Both the position numbers and the translations under genes were made by a program. From contig JAUWYA010000001.1 of NCBI GenBank assembly GCA_030616085.1, positions 8,692-72,691 of the forward strand: a DNA stretch of 64,000 nucleotides. Direction: 5' to 3'. Shown here piece after piece: positions 19,116-28,289 of the stretch (positions are counted from its first letter, which is position 1; the number at the start of each line of letters is the position of its first letter). The stretch comes from Candidatus Nealsonbacteria bacterium. GTDB taxonomy: Bacteria; Patescibacteriota; Minisyncoccia; Minisyncoccales; GWA2-38-27. Below the pieces are notes generated by a model. It saw only the letters and a list, made by a program, of their open reading frames with translations. It was not told where the DNA came from and searched no databases.

Positions 19116-19143
19116 AAACCCTTACATAATTATGTAAGGGTTT
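19116..19143. repeat. Perfect 28-bp palindrome after the DGR-like gene
   Basis: AAACCCTTACATAATTATGTAAGGGTTT. Confidence 0.8.
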
Positions 19144-19177
19144 ATTTTTTTAGATTATATGATAATATTAAAATAAT

Positions 19178-19915
19178 ATGGCAGAGGAATTAATAAAAGT
19201 AGAAGATGTTTGGAAAACGTATAAATTAGGAGAAATTGACCTTACTGTTTTAAAAGGAGTGAGCCTTGTTATAAACAAAGGCTCTTTTGTTGCGATAATG
19301 GGTCCTTCTGGTTCTGGAAAATCAACTCTTTTGCATATTGTTGGAGCTTTAGATGTTCCTAGCAAGGGAAAAGTTTTTTTAGAAGGAAAAGAGATTTCCG
19401 AACTTCCGGAGGACGATTTGGCTCAAATAAGAGGCAGGAAAATTGGTTTTGTTTTTCAGCAGTTTAATCTGCTTCATAATCTTACTGCTTTGGAAAATGT
19501 AATGCTTCCTATGACTTTTCAGGGAATTCCTGAAAAGGAAAGAATGGAAAGAGCAAAAGAATTGCTCACGGATTTTGGCTTGGAAAAAAGATTTTTCCAT
19601 AAACCAGGAGAGCTTTCAGGGGGTGAGCGTCAAAGAATAGCCATTGCAAGGGCTTTGTCTAATGACCCTGAAATTATAGTTGCTGATGAGCCAACAGGAA
19701 ACCTGGATTCTACTACCGGAGAAAAGATTATGGATATATTTATTGATCTTCACAGAAATCAGAAAAAAACAATTATTGTTGTTACTCACGATCCTCATAT
19801 TGCTGATTATACCGAAGAAACAATTAATATCATGGACGGCCAAATAATTCATAATCATTTAGAAAAAGAAGCGGCTGAAGAGAAAATATTATGGGAAAGA
19901 CAAAAGAATACATAA
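19178..19915 (+). CDS. ABC transporter ATP-binding protein (LolD/MacB-like)
   Basis: GPSGSGKST, LSGGERQR, ADEPTGNLD, VTHD. Confidence 0.95.
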   Translation: MAEELIKVEDVWKTYKLGEIDLTVLKGVSLVINKGSFVAIMGPSGSGKSTLLHIVGALDVPSKGKVFLEGKEISELPEDDLAQIRGRKIGFVFQQFNLLHNLTALENVMLPMTFQGIPEKERMERAKELLTDFGLEKRFFHKPGELSGGERQRIAIARALSNDPEIIVADEPTGNLDSTTGEKIMDIFIDLHRNQKKTIIVVTHDPHIADYTEETINIMDGQIIHNHLEKEAAEEKILWERQKNT

Positions 19916-21108
19916 AAATTGCAATTAGAAGTTTAAGAAGAAGGCCAGTTAGAAGCTGGCTTACAATGGTTGGTGTTGTTATTGGCGTATTCTTGATTAT
20001 TTCTTTGTTGTCTTTAAGCGAAGGCATAAAAGGCGCAATGATGGATCAGTTAAATATGATGGGAAATGATTTAATTATAATTATGCCAGGAGAGATTACT
20101 GATATAACAACAATGATGGCTGGAGGATTGGAATTAACTGAGGATGATATAGAGGCGGTTAGAAAAGCAGAGGGGGTAGAAACAATTGTTCCTATGAATT
20201 ATAAGGCAGAGGCAGTCAGGCATGAAGGTAGAGTAAAAACAATCTTAATAAATGGAGTTTCTTTCGAATATGGTTTAGAGTTGTTAAGAAATGATATGGG
20301 CCTTCAATTAACAGATGGGCGTTGGCCTATTCCTGGAAAAAAAGAAGTTATTGTGGCCAAAGTAGTTCCTGAAGATATTTTTCCTGGAATGGAGGTAGGA
20401 GATGAAATAAGTGTCAGGGGAAAAAAGTTTGATGTAGTCGGAATATTAAAATCTTTAGGCAACAAACAGGATGATTCTACCATTTATATGGATTTAGATC
20501 TTTTTGCAGATGTTACTGGAGAAAGATCAGGCGCTAAAATGATTATGGCTAAAGTTACGCCTGGCTATTCAGTTGATAACGTGGTAGAGAATATTAAAGA
20601 TAATCTTAATGAAAGCAGAAAAAGGAGAAGGGGAGAAGATTTGCCTTCTTTTTCCGTTTTAAGCAGCGAGAAAATATTAGATATAGTTGGTAATGTAATG
20701 GCTTTAGTTCAGGTAGCTATTTTTGGCTTTGCCTCAATAGCTATTGTTGTTGGCGGAATTGGAATAATGAATACTATGTATACTTCTGTTCATGAAAGAA
20801 TCAGGGAAATAGGCATTATGAAAGCAGTTGGTGCTAAAGGTAGAACTATTACCATATTGTTTTTAATTGAATCAGGATTCTTTGGATTATTTGGCGGTTT
20901 AGGCGGTATAGTCTTAGGTCTTGGCGTGGCTAAATTAGCTGAATTTGCTGTTCAAACAAGCGCTGGCTTTTATTTAAAAGCTTCAATGAGTCCGTTTCTA
21001 ATTCTATTCGGCTTGGCATTTTCTTTCTTAATCGGCTGTATTGCTGGTTATTTACCTTCTCGTTCTGCCTCCAAGCTTAAACCAGTTGACGCATTAAGAT
21101 ATGAGTAG
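19891..21108 (+). CDS. ABC transporter permease (MacB/FtsX-like)
   Basis: RSWLTMVGVVIG, GIMNTMYTSVHERIREIG, LKPVDALRYE. Confidence 0.93.
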   Translation: MGKTKEYIKIAIRSLRRRPVRSWLTMVGVVIGVFLIISLLSLSEGIKGAMMDQLNMMGNDLIIIMPGEITDITTMMAGGLELTEDDIEAVRKAEGVETIVPMNYKAEAVRHEGRVKTILINGVSFEYGLELLRNDMGLQLTDGRWPIPGKKEVIVAKVVPEDIFPGMEVGDEISVRGKKFDVVGILKSLGNKQDDSTIYMDLDLFADVTGERSGAKMIMAKVTPGYSVDNVVENIKDNLNESRKRRRGEDLPSFSVLSSEKILDIVGNVMALVQVAIFGFASIAIVVGGIGIMNTMYTSVHERIREIGIMKAVGAKGRTITILFLIESGFFGLFGGLGGIVLGLGVAKLAEFAVQTSAGFYLKASMSPFLILFGLAFSFLIGCIAGYLPSRSASKLKPVDALRYE

Positions 21109-21340
21109 CGCTTGTAGATTTGAGCCTTGCTTTATTGTGTAGCGAAAATCTACTCCCCGAATTGCGACGAGCGAAGCGAGGAGGCAATGCCTTCGGGCAA
21201 CTCTTCGAATCCTACCCTGGGAGAGTGATCTCACCCTTCTTTTTTAATTGGTAAAAGATTTATTAATATAGACTATACATTTAATGTTGTTTATGGTAGA
21301 TTAATTTATAATTTACATTTTGATTATTGACTATAAATAT

Positions 21341-21880
21341 ATGGCGGATTTTTATATAATTTTTGAGGGTGATATTGAGGAACAGCCAACCAAAGATCTT
21401 ATTAAAACAATAAAAGAGGCTGAAGATAAATATCAGAATATATTTATATTTTTTTCTTCCTCTGGAGGAAGTATTGATTTAGGATTCCTTTTAGCTACCG
21501 TAGTTCAAAACTCTAAGGTTCCTATAACTATGCATGCTATGAATCACATAGATTCTATAGCGAACGTTGTTTATCTATCTGCAAAAAAAAGAACCGCTGA
21601 ATCATATGCTAAGTTCTTTTTTCACGGAGCATCAACTAGTGGCAATTTTGACATTAAAAAATTAAAAGAAAAGATATCGTCAATTGAAACTAGTAACAAG
21701 CGCATTGCATATTATATTTCTGAAAATTCAAACTTGTCACTTAAAAAAATAAACGATATAATGGAAGTAGGTAGTACTATTTCTTCTCCAGATGCGATGA
21801 AATACGGGATAGTTCAAGAAATTATCCATAAAGAAATCCCCGTTGATGCTGATAAAGAAGGATTAATTTTTATAGAATAA
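21341..21880 (+). CDS. ClpP-like protease family protein
   Basis: FSSSGGS, DSIA (Ser), FFFHG (His), AMKYGIV; ATG 21341 preferred. Confidence 0.75.
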   Translation: MADFYIIFEGDIEEQPTKDLIKTIKEAEDKYQNIFIFFSSSGGSIDLGFLLATVVQNSKVPITMHAMNHIDSIANVVYLSAKKRTAESYAKFFFHGASTSGNFDIKKLKEKISSIETSNKRIAYYISENSNLSLKKINDIMEVGSTISSPDAMKYGIVQEIIHKEIPVDADKEGLIFIE

Positions 21881-21882
21881 TT

Positions 21883-22122
21883 ATGACCAAAGAACAATTA
21901 AAGGAAAAAGTAAGGGAAATACTTGAAAAAACGGGTTGCATGAATCTTATCTTTTTAGAAAACGGAGAAGACTCTCTAAGCGTTTTATTTGACAGTAAAG
22001 ATGTTATTAGTTTTAAAGGGGAGATGCCTGGATGGGAATATTCTGGCATTCAGGTGGACGAAACGGGAAAGCATGAGTTTAAAATAACTTTTAAAAAATT
22101 ACAGATGCTTCAAGGACAATAA
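21883..22122 (+). CDS. Hypothetical protein
   Basis: 79 aa, 2 nt after the ClpP-like gene. Confidence 0.6.
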   Translation: MTKEQLKEKVREILEKTGCMNLIFLENGEDSLSVLFDSKDVISFKGEMPGWEYSGIQVDETGKHEFKITFKKLQMLQGQ

Positions 22123-22154
22123 GAAACAAGATAGTGTTTTAGTTATTTTTATAT

Positions 22155-22188
22155 AAAACAGGTTCTAACATAGTCCAGTTCCCGGAGC
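22155..22188. repeat. att-like repeat D1
   Basis: AAAACAGGTTCTAACATAGTC-N10-AGC. Confidence 0.7.
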
Positions 22189-22288
22189 AGGCTAGTGCTT
22201 GGTTCTGTACGACCGAGTTGCATTAAATCGTCAATCAGGCGGTTTTTTGGTAGAATAAAGATGAAAGGTCGGCAAAGTACAAAAAGTA

Positions 22289-23311
22289 ATGAAGCAAATT
22301 ATGAAAGCAATATCTTTACTAATAATTTCAGTATTTCTGTTTTCTCTTGGAACAGGAGTTTTAGCTCAGGAAACAAAGCTTCCAGATCCGGGACTTACTC
22401 CTGATAGTCCATTTTACTTTCTGGAGATAGCTGCAGAGTGGATTGGCACTTTCTTTACTTTTGGCGACCTCAAAAAAGCTGAAAGGTATGCTGACTTAGC
22501 TGCTGAAAGACTAGCTGAAGTTCAAGCTGTGGTAGAAAAAGGAAAGCCAGAATTTGCAGAAAAAACCCTGGAAAGATATGAAATGCAATTACAAAATAGT
22601 ATAACTAGGGCAGAAAAAGCACAAGCTAAGGGCAAGAACACCGAACAAATTATGGCTAGGATCGGCAAGGCAACCCCTGTTCATTTAGAGATTTTAGCTG
22701 AAGTTTATGAGAAAGTTCCCGAACAGGCAAAACCAGCCATTGAAAACGCAATGAAAGTTTCAATAAAGGGACACGAAAAAGCAGTTGAGGCATTAAAAGC
22801 ACAAAATGCTTTGGGTGAAATTCCAGAAGAAGTCACTTTACCAGCTCAGGTTCCACAAGAAGTAAGAGAGAGAATTGAAAGGGAAGTTCAACAGGAATTA
22901 GAAGAAGAGAAAGCTGAGCGGGCAAAAGAGAATGATCTTCAGAGCTTTGAATCGTTTAGAACTTTCTGTATAGAACAGGGAGCACCACCAGAAATGTGTG
23001 CATCATTTGTGAATGATCTTCAGAACTCTGAATCGCTTAGAGCTTTCTGTATAGAGAAGGGAGTACTGCCACCAGAGATGTGTGAGAAAATTCCTCTTCA
23101 GGGTTTTGAATCGTTTGAACAGATTGAGAATTTCTGTATAGGAGTGGGAGGAACACCAGAGCTATGTTCATCGGTTGAAGGTAAATGTAGGGAAGTCGGA
23201 GTAACAACACCAGACGAGTGTTTTCTTGTTCTTTTAACTGCTACGACAACGACTTCTCCCGCGCCTACTTTGTTAGAAGAAGAAAGGGAAGAGATAGAAG
23301 GAGAGGAATAA
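22289..23311 (+). CDS. DUF5667-like secreted protein with C-terminal Cys repeats
   Basis: PGLTPDSPFYFL...ERLAE; three ES.R.FCI..G..PE.C repeats. Confidence 0.75.
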   Translation: MKQIMKAISLLIISVFLFSLGTGVLAQETKLPDPGLTPDSPFYFLEIAAEWIGTFFTFGDLKKAERYADLAAERLAEVQAVVEKGKPEFAEKTLERYEMQLQNSITRAEKAQAKGKNTEQIMARIGKATPVHLEILAEVYEKVPEQAKPAIENAMKVSIKGHEKAVEALKAQNALGEIPEEVTLPAQVPQEVRERIEREVQQELEEEKAERAKENDLQSFESFRTFCIEQGAPPEMCASFVNDLQNSESLRAFCIEKGVLPPEMCEKIPLQGFESFEQIENFCIGVGGTPELCSSVEGKCREVGVTTPDECFLVLLTATTTTSPAPTLLEEEREEIEGEE

Positions 23312-23332
23312 AACTGATACAAGATTTATCTT

Positions 23333-23394
23333 AAACAGGTTCTAACGTTGTCCACGATGGCCAGCTTTTTCAGGAGAGTTAATAGCCCTCTTTT
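23333..23394. repeat. att-like repeat D2 plus hairpin
   Basis: AAACAGGTTCTAACGTTGTC-N10-AGC...GAGAGTTAATAGCCCTC. Confidence 0.7.
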
Positions 23395-23431
23395 ATTTGA
23401 TTTTAGATGTTTGTTTTGATATAATAGAATA

Positions 23432-23725
23432 ATGACTAATGATATTACAAAAATAAAGAAGAAAATAATCCCTATTCTAAAAAGCCACGATGTTAAAAAG
23501 GCGGCTGTTTTTGGCTCTTTTGTTAGAGGAGAGCAAAATAAAAAAAGTGATATTGATATTTTAATAGAGTTTAAGAACGATAACGATAAAAGCTTGCTTG
23601 ATTTAGTTGCTTTAAAACTTGATTTAGAAAAAGTCCTAAAAAGAAAAGTAGATGTAGTTGAATATCCTACGATAAAACCTCTTTTAAGAAAAAGTATTTT
23701 AAAAGAGCAAGCCTTAGTATTATGA
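23432..23725 (+). CDS. Minimal nucleotidyltransferase (MNT) antitoxin
   Basis: FGSFVRGE...SDIDIL, KVDVV. Confidence 0.9.
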   Translation: MTNDITKIKKKIIPILKSHDVKKAAVFGSFVRGEQNKKSDIDILIEFKNDNDKSLLDLVALKLDLEKVLKRKVDVVEYPTIKPLLRKSILKEQALVL

Positions 23726-24072
23726 AAAAAGATATAAGGGTTTTTATTCAAGATATATTAGAAAGCATTAAATTGATTGAAGACTATGCAAAAGGAGTAA
23801 GCGAAGAAGACTTTCTTGATAAAGATAACAATCTTCAGATGAAGGACGCTATTATTAGAAGATTAGAAATAATAGGTGAAGCAGTTAAGAATATCCCCGA
23901 TGATTTTAAAGGAAAATATCCTAATATTCCCTGGAAGCAAATTTCAGGAATGAGAGATATTCTTATTCATGAATATTTTGGAGTAAAATTAGAAAGGGTA
24001 TGGAAAACAGCAAAGGAAGATTTACCAGAACTAAGAAAAGCTATATCAAAAATATTAAAAGAAATTAAATAA
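23722..24072 (+). CDS. HEPN/DUF86 ribonuclease toxin
   Basis: LEIIGEA, MRDILIHEYFGV (Rx4HxY). Confidence 0.9.
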   Translation: MKKDIRVFIQDILESIKLIEDYAKGVSEEDFLDKDNNLQMKDAIIRRLEIIGEAVKNIPDDFKGKYPNIPWKQISGMRDILIHEYFGVKLERVWKTAKEDLPELRKAISKILKEIK

Positions 24073-24134
24073 AACAGGTTCTAACGTCGTCGCCTAAGGG
24101 GAGCTACGACCAGAGGGTTAATAGCCCTCTTTTT
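24071..24134. repeat. att-like repeat D3 plus hairpin
   Basis: AAAACAGGTTCTAACGTCGTC-N10-AGCTACGACCAGAGGGTTAATAGCCCTC. Confidence 0.75.
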
Positions 24135-24140
24135 GCTTGA

Positions 24141-24198
24141 CCCCGTTAGAGATAGGTTGCTATTGGCAATCGTCAGACGTCTTATCTCTAAACGGGGG
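24141..24198. mobile_element. Family A element, 58 bp, inserted in a TTGA(CT) -35-like box
   Basis: CCCCGTTAGAGATA/TATCTCTAAACGGGGG; TTGA on both flanks. Confidence 0.85.
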
Positions 24199-24280
24199 TT
24201 GACTTATTCTAGTAATAAGTATAAGCTATTATATTGTTCTTAAACAGATGAATAATGATTTAAATAAAGGGAGATAAATA

Positions 24281-24493
24281 ATGAAGATAGAAAAGAATAT
24301 TAAGATTGAAATTATGGTTAGTGACGAAGAAAATAATCACTGTTCTTTTAGTTGTAAGTATCTATCAATAATGGGCGGAATATCTTGCGTCTTATTCCAA
24401 GAAAGCCTATCAGAGGAAAAAATACAGTCAGTTAGTGATGTAGGCATACCACTTCGCACAAAAGAGTGCCTAAAAGCATTCCCAATCACATAA
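24281..24493 (+). CDS. Small Cys-containing hypothetical protein
   Basis: AAGGGAG SD; CxxxC...C...C. Confidence 0.6.
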   Translation: MKIEKNIKIEIMVSDEENNHCSFSCKYLSIMGGISCVLFQESLSEEKIQSVSDVGIPLRTKECLKAFPIT

Positions 24494-24564
24494 CCAGAAA
24501 ATCCCAATTCATAAGTCTTGCGGTATTAATATCGTAGGGCTTTTTTATATATAGCTATACACTA

Positions 24565-24600
24565 AAAATGGTTCTAACGTCGTCGCCTATAGGCGGAGTA
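24565..24600. repeat. att-like repeat D4
   Basis: GGTTCTAACGTCGTCGCCTA (24570-24589) is identical to 24077-24096. Confidence 0.75.
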
Positions 24601-24687
24601 TTTAGCCCGAGGCTATTCCTTTGGGTTTTTTGTTGTGGTAGAATAATACAAAGGCCAACAGTATTAAAAACAATAAAAATATAAATT

Positions 24688-25611
24688 ATGAGAAAAACAA
24701 TATTAGTTATAACTTTATTATCATTATTACTCTCTTTAGGGGCAGGAGTTTTAGCCAAAAAGGGCTTGCCTTCTCCAGGGATTACCCCAGACAGCATATT
24801 TTATTTCATAGATACTATAGGAGAAAAAATAGGGTTGTTTTTTGCCTTTAGCGCAGAGAAGAAAGCAGTCAAGGCATTAAAGTATGCCGATGAAAAGCTT
24901 GCTGAAATAATAGAAATGGCTGAACAAGAAGAGACAGAAGCTTTAGAGAAAGCTAATGAAAAATATCAGGAATACTTGGATTTAGCTAATGAAAAAGCTG
25001 AAAAGCTCAAGAAGAAAGATGCTGAAGAGTTATTCGGTTTAATCGTTGAGAAAACCCTTGAACATCAGGAAGTTCTTTCAGAAGTATTAGAAGAGGCCTC
25101 TGAAGAAATTAAAAAAGAAATTGAGGAAGTAATAGAAGCAACTAAAGAAGGATTTGAAGAAGCTTTTGAAACGCTGCCTGAGGACGAACAAAAAGAATGG
25201 GGAGAGGAGGTAGAGAGATTAGAAAATGAAGAAATTGAGAGAGTGGTGAGCGCATTTTTTGAATATATAATAGATGGGGATTATGATAACGCCTTTGCTT
25301 ATATTATAAAAGGAGATGGCAGTTTGCTTTCTGAGAAAGATAAACAAGATTTTATAAAAGAAATAGAAAAAAAACCAGTTATTGACTATTCCATTGGCCA
25401 GATAACTGATTATGAGTTGAATGAGTACTTAGCTGAAGCTGGGTTTACTAAAATTAAAGTTGTAGAGTTTATTGTTATTTTTGAGCAAGGATATGAAGAA
25501 ATAAAGGGGGGATCCGGTGTTGGTTATTTCTCTGGCCAATGGAAACTTATGTTAGGTGTTAGTACTCAAACTATCAAACAGCCGGAGCGTTTAAATATCC
25601 CCGTTTTTTAA
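24688..25611 (+). CDS. DUF5667-like secreted protein with a different C-terminal domain
   Basis: LPSPGITPDSIFYFI...EKLAE; N-terminus paralogous to 22289. Confidence 0.75.
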   Translation: MRKTILVITLLSLLLSLGAGVLAKKGLPSPGITPDSIFYFIDTIGEKIGLFFAFSAEKKAVKALKYADEKLAEIIEMAEQEETEALEKANEKYQEYLDLANEKAEKLKKKDAEELFGLIVEKTLEHQEVLSEVLEEASEEIKKEIEEVIEATKEGFEEAFETLPEDEQKEWGEEVERLENEEIERVVSAFFEYIIDGDYDNAFAYIIKGDGSLLSEKDKQDFIKEIEKKPVIDYSIGQITDYELNEYLAEAGFTKIKVVEFIVIFEQGYEEIKGGSGVGYFSGQWKLMLGVSTQTIKQPERLNIPVF

Positions 25612-25651
25612 TAGATATTCAAGCAAAATTGGGTGATAATTTGAGGCTTTT

Positions 25652-26527
25652 TCAATAAAGATATTTATCTACTACAAGGCCGTTGGGGTCATAGAGGTAA
25701 ATGGTATCGTGCAGGGGCTCTATAATGTCAGTGCCTACATAAACATACCAGTAATTCTTTAAGAAGTCTTCGTCTTTGGAATGTTTCTTAAAGCAGCTGC
25801 TGTAGTTGAAAGTACTGTTAAGGAAAGAAACGCATTTTGAATCAGTAGCTATCTTTATATTATTAGAATAATTTGGGATTTCACAACTTGATAAACGAAG
25901 AATATATTCCTGGCAATATGGATTGAGATGAGAAACATCTTCTAATTTTGGCCTTGGGCAATAAGTGTAGAAAGAGGGATAAAAGCTCTTGTAATTCTTA
26001 ATATAGCCAAAGCATTTATTAAGGCAAAAGTTTTTATCTCTTCCTAAAGGATTTGAATCATTTATCAAATATATTTTAGTATATTCTTTTATAATAATAT
26101 CACCGGGAGTTCTATGAGATTGATATTTCTCTATGCCTTGAGGAATAATGATTTCTCCTTTGCGCGCTTTAATTTTCCAGCCAGTCATATTAATCTTTTC
26201 TCCTGAATAAACTTTAACGTTTAATGTTATTAAAGAAGGATTGTAACGGGTTTCAGCTCGAATAGTAGAAAGTTTTACTTTTCCGTAATAAGGAGAAATA
26301 TCTATTGTTTCCTGCGTTGATGTTTCTTTTATAGTTTCTTCTGTGGTTTCTTCTTCTTTTTGGCTTGGATTATTTGGTTGTATTGTTTTTGAAACCGTTG
26401 CTGTCAACGGCTTATTTTCTTGCAACTCAAGACCATTAGGGAGGTTTTCCTTTTTTAAATATTGGTCAAAAAGAGAAAAAGCTACAACAGCAATAAGAAG
26501 AAGAATGAAAATACTAACAGCTTTCAT
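25652..26527 (-). CDS. Membrane-anchored hypothetical protein, lamin-tail-like elements
   Basis: N-terminal TM; INMTGWKI and DTIYLYDPNGLVVD; several Cys. Confidence 0.65.
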   Translation of the reverse strand: MKAVSIFILLLIAVVAFSLFDQYLKKENLPNGLELQENKPLTATVSKTIQPNNPSQKEEETTEETIKETSTQETIDISPYYGKVKLSTIRAETRYNPSLITLNVKVYSGEKINMTGWKIKARKGEIIIPQGIEKYQSHRTPGDIIIKEYTKIYLINDSNPLGRDKNFCLNKCFGYIKNYKSFYPSFYTYCPRPKLEDVSHLNPYCQEYILRLSSCEIPNYSNNIKIATDSKCVSFLNSTFNYSSCFKKHSKDEDFLKNYWYVYVGTDIIEPLHDTIYLYDPNGLVVDKYLY

Positions 26528-26622
26528 AATTAGTTAATACTATACCATTTAATAAAACAAAATCAAGTTTTTTTAGTTTTCCACAGGAGAAGATTAGCTT
26601 AAAAGTTGTATAATTAAACAAC

Positions 26623-28194
26623 ATGGCTTTTAACACAAAAATACTTATTTTTGGAATAACAGCAGTTTTTGCTGGGTTTTTGCTTTATCCTTTTTTATCT
26701 TCCGGCGGGAGTTTGTCTACTGATATTTTCCCATTGGGATTAGAAGGTCTTTCTTTAACATTTGTTGAAGAAGAACCGCCTGATGATGAGATTGCTGAAG
26801 GTTTTTCAGCTTATTATGAAAGCGAAGAAAAAGAAATTGATGTTTTCTTTTGGCGAATGAGAAGCGTATCAATAGCTGAAAGCACAAAACAGGGTTTAAT
26901 CCCTTCTATTAAAGAAGAATACGCTTTATTATTTGATGAGGTTGACTGGGAAAACTCTCAAACATTTTCTGTAGGAGATTACAGCGCTACAGTTATTAGG
27001 TTTAGAGTTTATTTAGGAGGGGATTATTTAGACGGTGGATTTGCATTCGTAGCTGTTAAAGATTATTTTATTCTCATCCAGATTTTCGGCGATGAAAAAC
27101 CTTCTTTTTCAGAGTTTGAAAGGGTTTTAGAAACTTTTGTAAATAAAGTTCCTGAAAACGGAGGTCCTCCGCCTCCGCCAGGAGAGGAAGAGGAAGAAGA
27201 AGAGGAGGAAGAGGAAGAGGAGGAAGAGGAAGAACCAGGCAAAGAGGGGTGTGGAAATAATAAATGCGAATATTGGATAGGAGAAGATTGCAATGCTTGC
27301 AGATATGATTGTGATATTTCAAGTTTTTGCTGTTTGCCTGACTTTTCTTACGTTTATGCCCATGATTATCATAATAAGAATTATGAGATTCATGAACCTG
27401 CTGCTGGTTTAATCCCCAGGGGCGCTATTCTTATTCCAGAAGGAGTAGATGAGGATGATCTTCCATTAGTTGTTCCTAAGGTATGCGATATGGGCATGAA
27501 AATTGGTGAGTGCGTTTATAATTATGATTGTCCGAGCGGGGTTTGTACTGTAGATAATTGGTGCATTAAAACGCATTCAGAGAAATTCCAAGAAGTTAAG
27601 AATCAAGACATGGTTGAGAAGATTTATGAAGATCAGATCAGTTATAAGGAAGAATATGTTGAAGCTTATGAAATGATTGAAGGGGGAGTAGCTCAGGTCG
27701 TTATTAAAGATGCTAAGCTTGATGTTAGATTGGAAGTCCAAGGAAATACAGCTGGCAAGATTCCGAAAGTTAATGAGGGCGATGAAGTTGAAGTTAGATT
27801 AGAGATTGAAAATGATTCAAGATATAATTTGGCTTTAACGGCTGGAATTTTTTACCCAGAAACATTTGATCTTGAAGAAAAAAAATATACCATGAGTTTT
27901 AAATGGGAGGGAGGTCTTTCTTCTCTAATCGGCAGTTTTAAAACTAAACTGGTAAATTGTAAATTTATTGTTATGCCTCCCGGATCCAAACTGATTGTTT
28001 ATTCAAAAGTTATTCCAAAGCAAACTGGATATTTAGATGTCCAGGGCTTGGTTTTCTTTACTACAGAGAAGAAATATAAAGAATATGATCCAGGGTTTTT
28101 AGATGAAGCGCCAAAAGCTTATCAGGAATCAGAAGTTTCTGAAACAATTCTGGTTGAAGAAAGGCCTTGTGATTGGTGGCCTATATGTTTATGA
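26623..28194 (+). CDS. Secreted protein, N-domain paralogous to the 1980 gene, with poly-Glu linker and Cys-rich module
   Basis: LSTDIFP...EIAE...DYSATVIRFR vs LSEDIFP...EIAE...DYKATLVTYR. Confidence 0.7.
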   Translation: MAFNTKILIFGITAVFAGFLLYPFLSSGGSLSTDIFPLGLEGLSLTFVEEEPPDDEIAEGFSAYYESEEKEIDVFFWRMRSVSIAESTKQGLIPSIKEEYALLFDEVDWENSQTFSVGDYSATVIRFRVYLGGDYLDGGFAFVAVKDYFILIQIFGDEKPSFSEFERVLETFVNKVPENGGPPPPPGEEEEEEEEEEEEEEEEEPGKEGCGNNKCEYWIGEDCNACRYDCDISSFCCLPDFSYVYAHDYHNKNYEIHEPAAGLIPRGAILIPEGVDEDDLPLVVPKVCDMGMKIGECVYNYDCPSGVCTVDNWCIKTHSEKFQEVKNQDMVEKIYEDQISYKEEYVEAYEMIEGGVAQVVIKDAKLDVRLEVQGNTAGKIPKVNEGDEVEVRLEIENDSRYNLALTAGIFYPETFDLEEKKYTMSFKWEGGLSSLIGSFKTKLVNCKFIVMPPGSKLIVYSKVIPKQTGYLDVQGLVFFTTEKKYKEYDPGFLDEAPKAYQESEVSETILVEERPCDWWPICL

Positions 28195-28195
28195 A

Positions 28196-28289
28196 CCCCG
28201 TTAGAGATTATGGGGCAAGATAAGAAAATAATATTTATTATTAATTATGGTTCAAATAAAAAAACAAAGAGAAAGAATCTCTAACGGGG
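28196..28289. mobile_element. Family A element, 94 bp, inserted in an ATGA stop/start overlap
   Basis: CCCCGTTAGAGATT/AATCTCTAACGGGG; TGAA on both flanks; internal in-frame ATG at 28247. Confidence 0.9.

Noticed and set aside
19116-19143. CCC...GGG palindrome as another TSD-flanked element
   Set aside because: Flanks (AAAA / TTTA) extend the palindrome rather than repeat directly.
21109-21225. Complete tRNA gene
   Set aside because: Only a T-loop/3' fragment is present and no cloverleaf can be folded; upstream is a GAGCGAAGCGA-type hairpin.
23326-23751. Minus-strand 141-aa ORF ending DNVRTCLR as a recombinase
   Set aside because: It is antisense to the MNT gene; only the last residues derive from the att-like repeat.
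22155-24600. Repeat D sites as a CRISPR array
   Set aside because: Spacing is 0.5-1.2 kb with whole genes between copies; no cas1/cas2 in the window.
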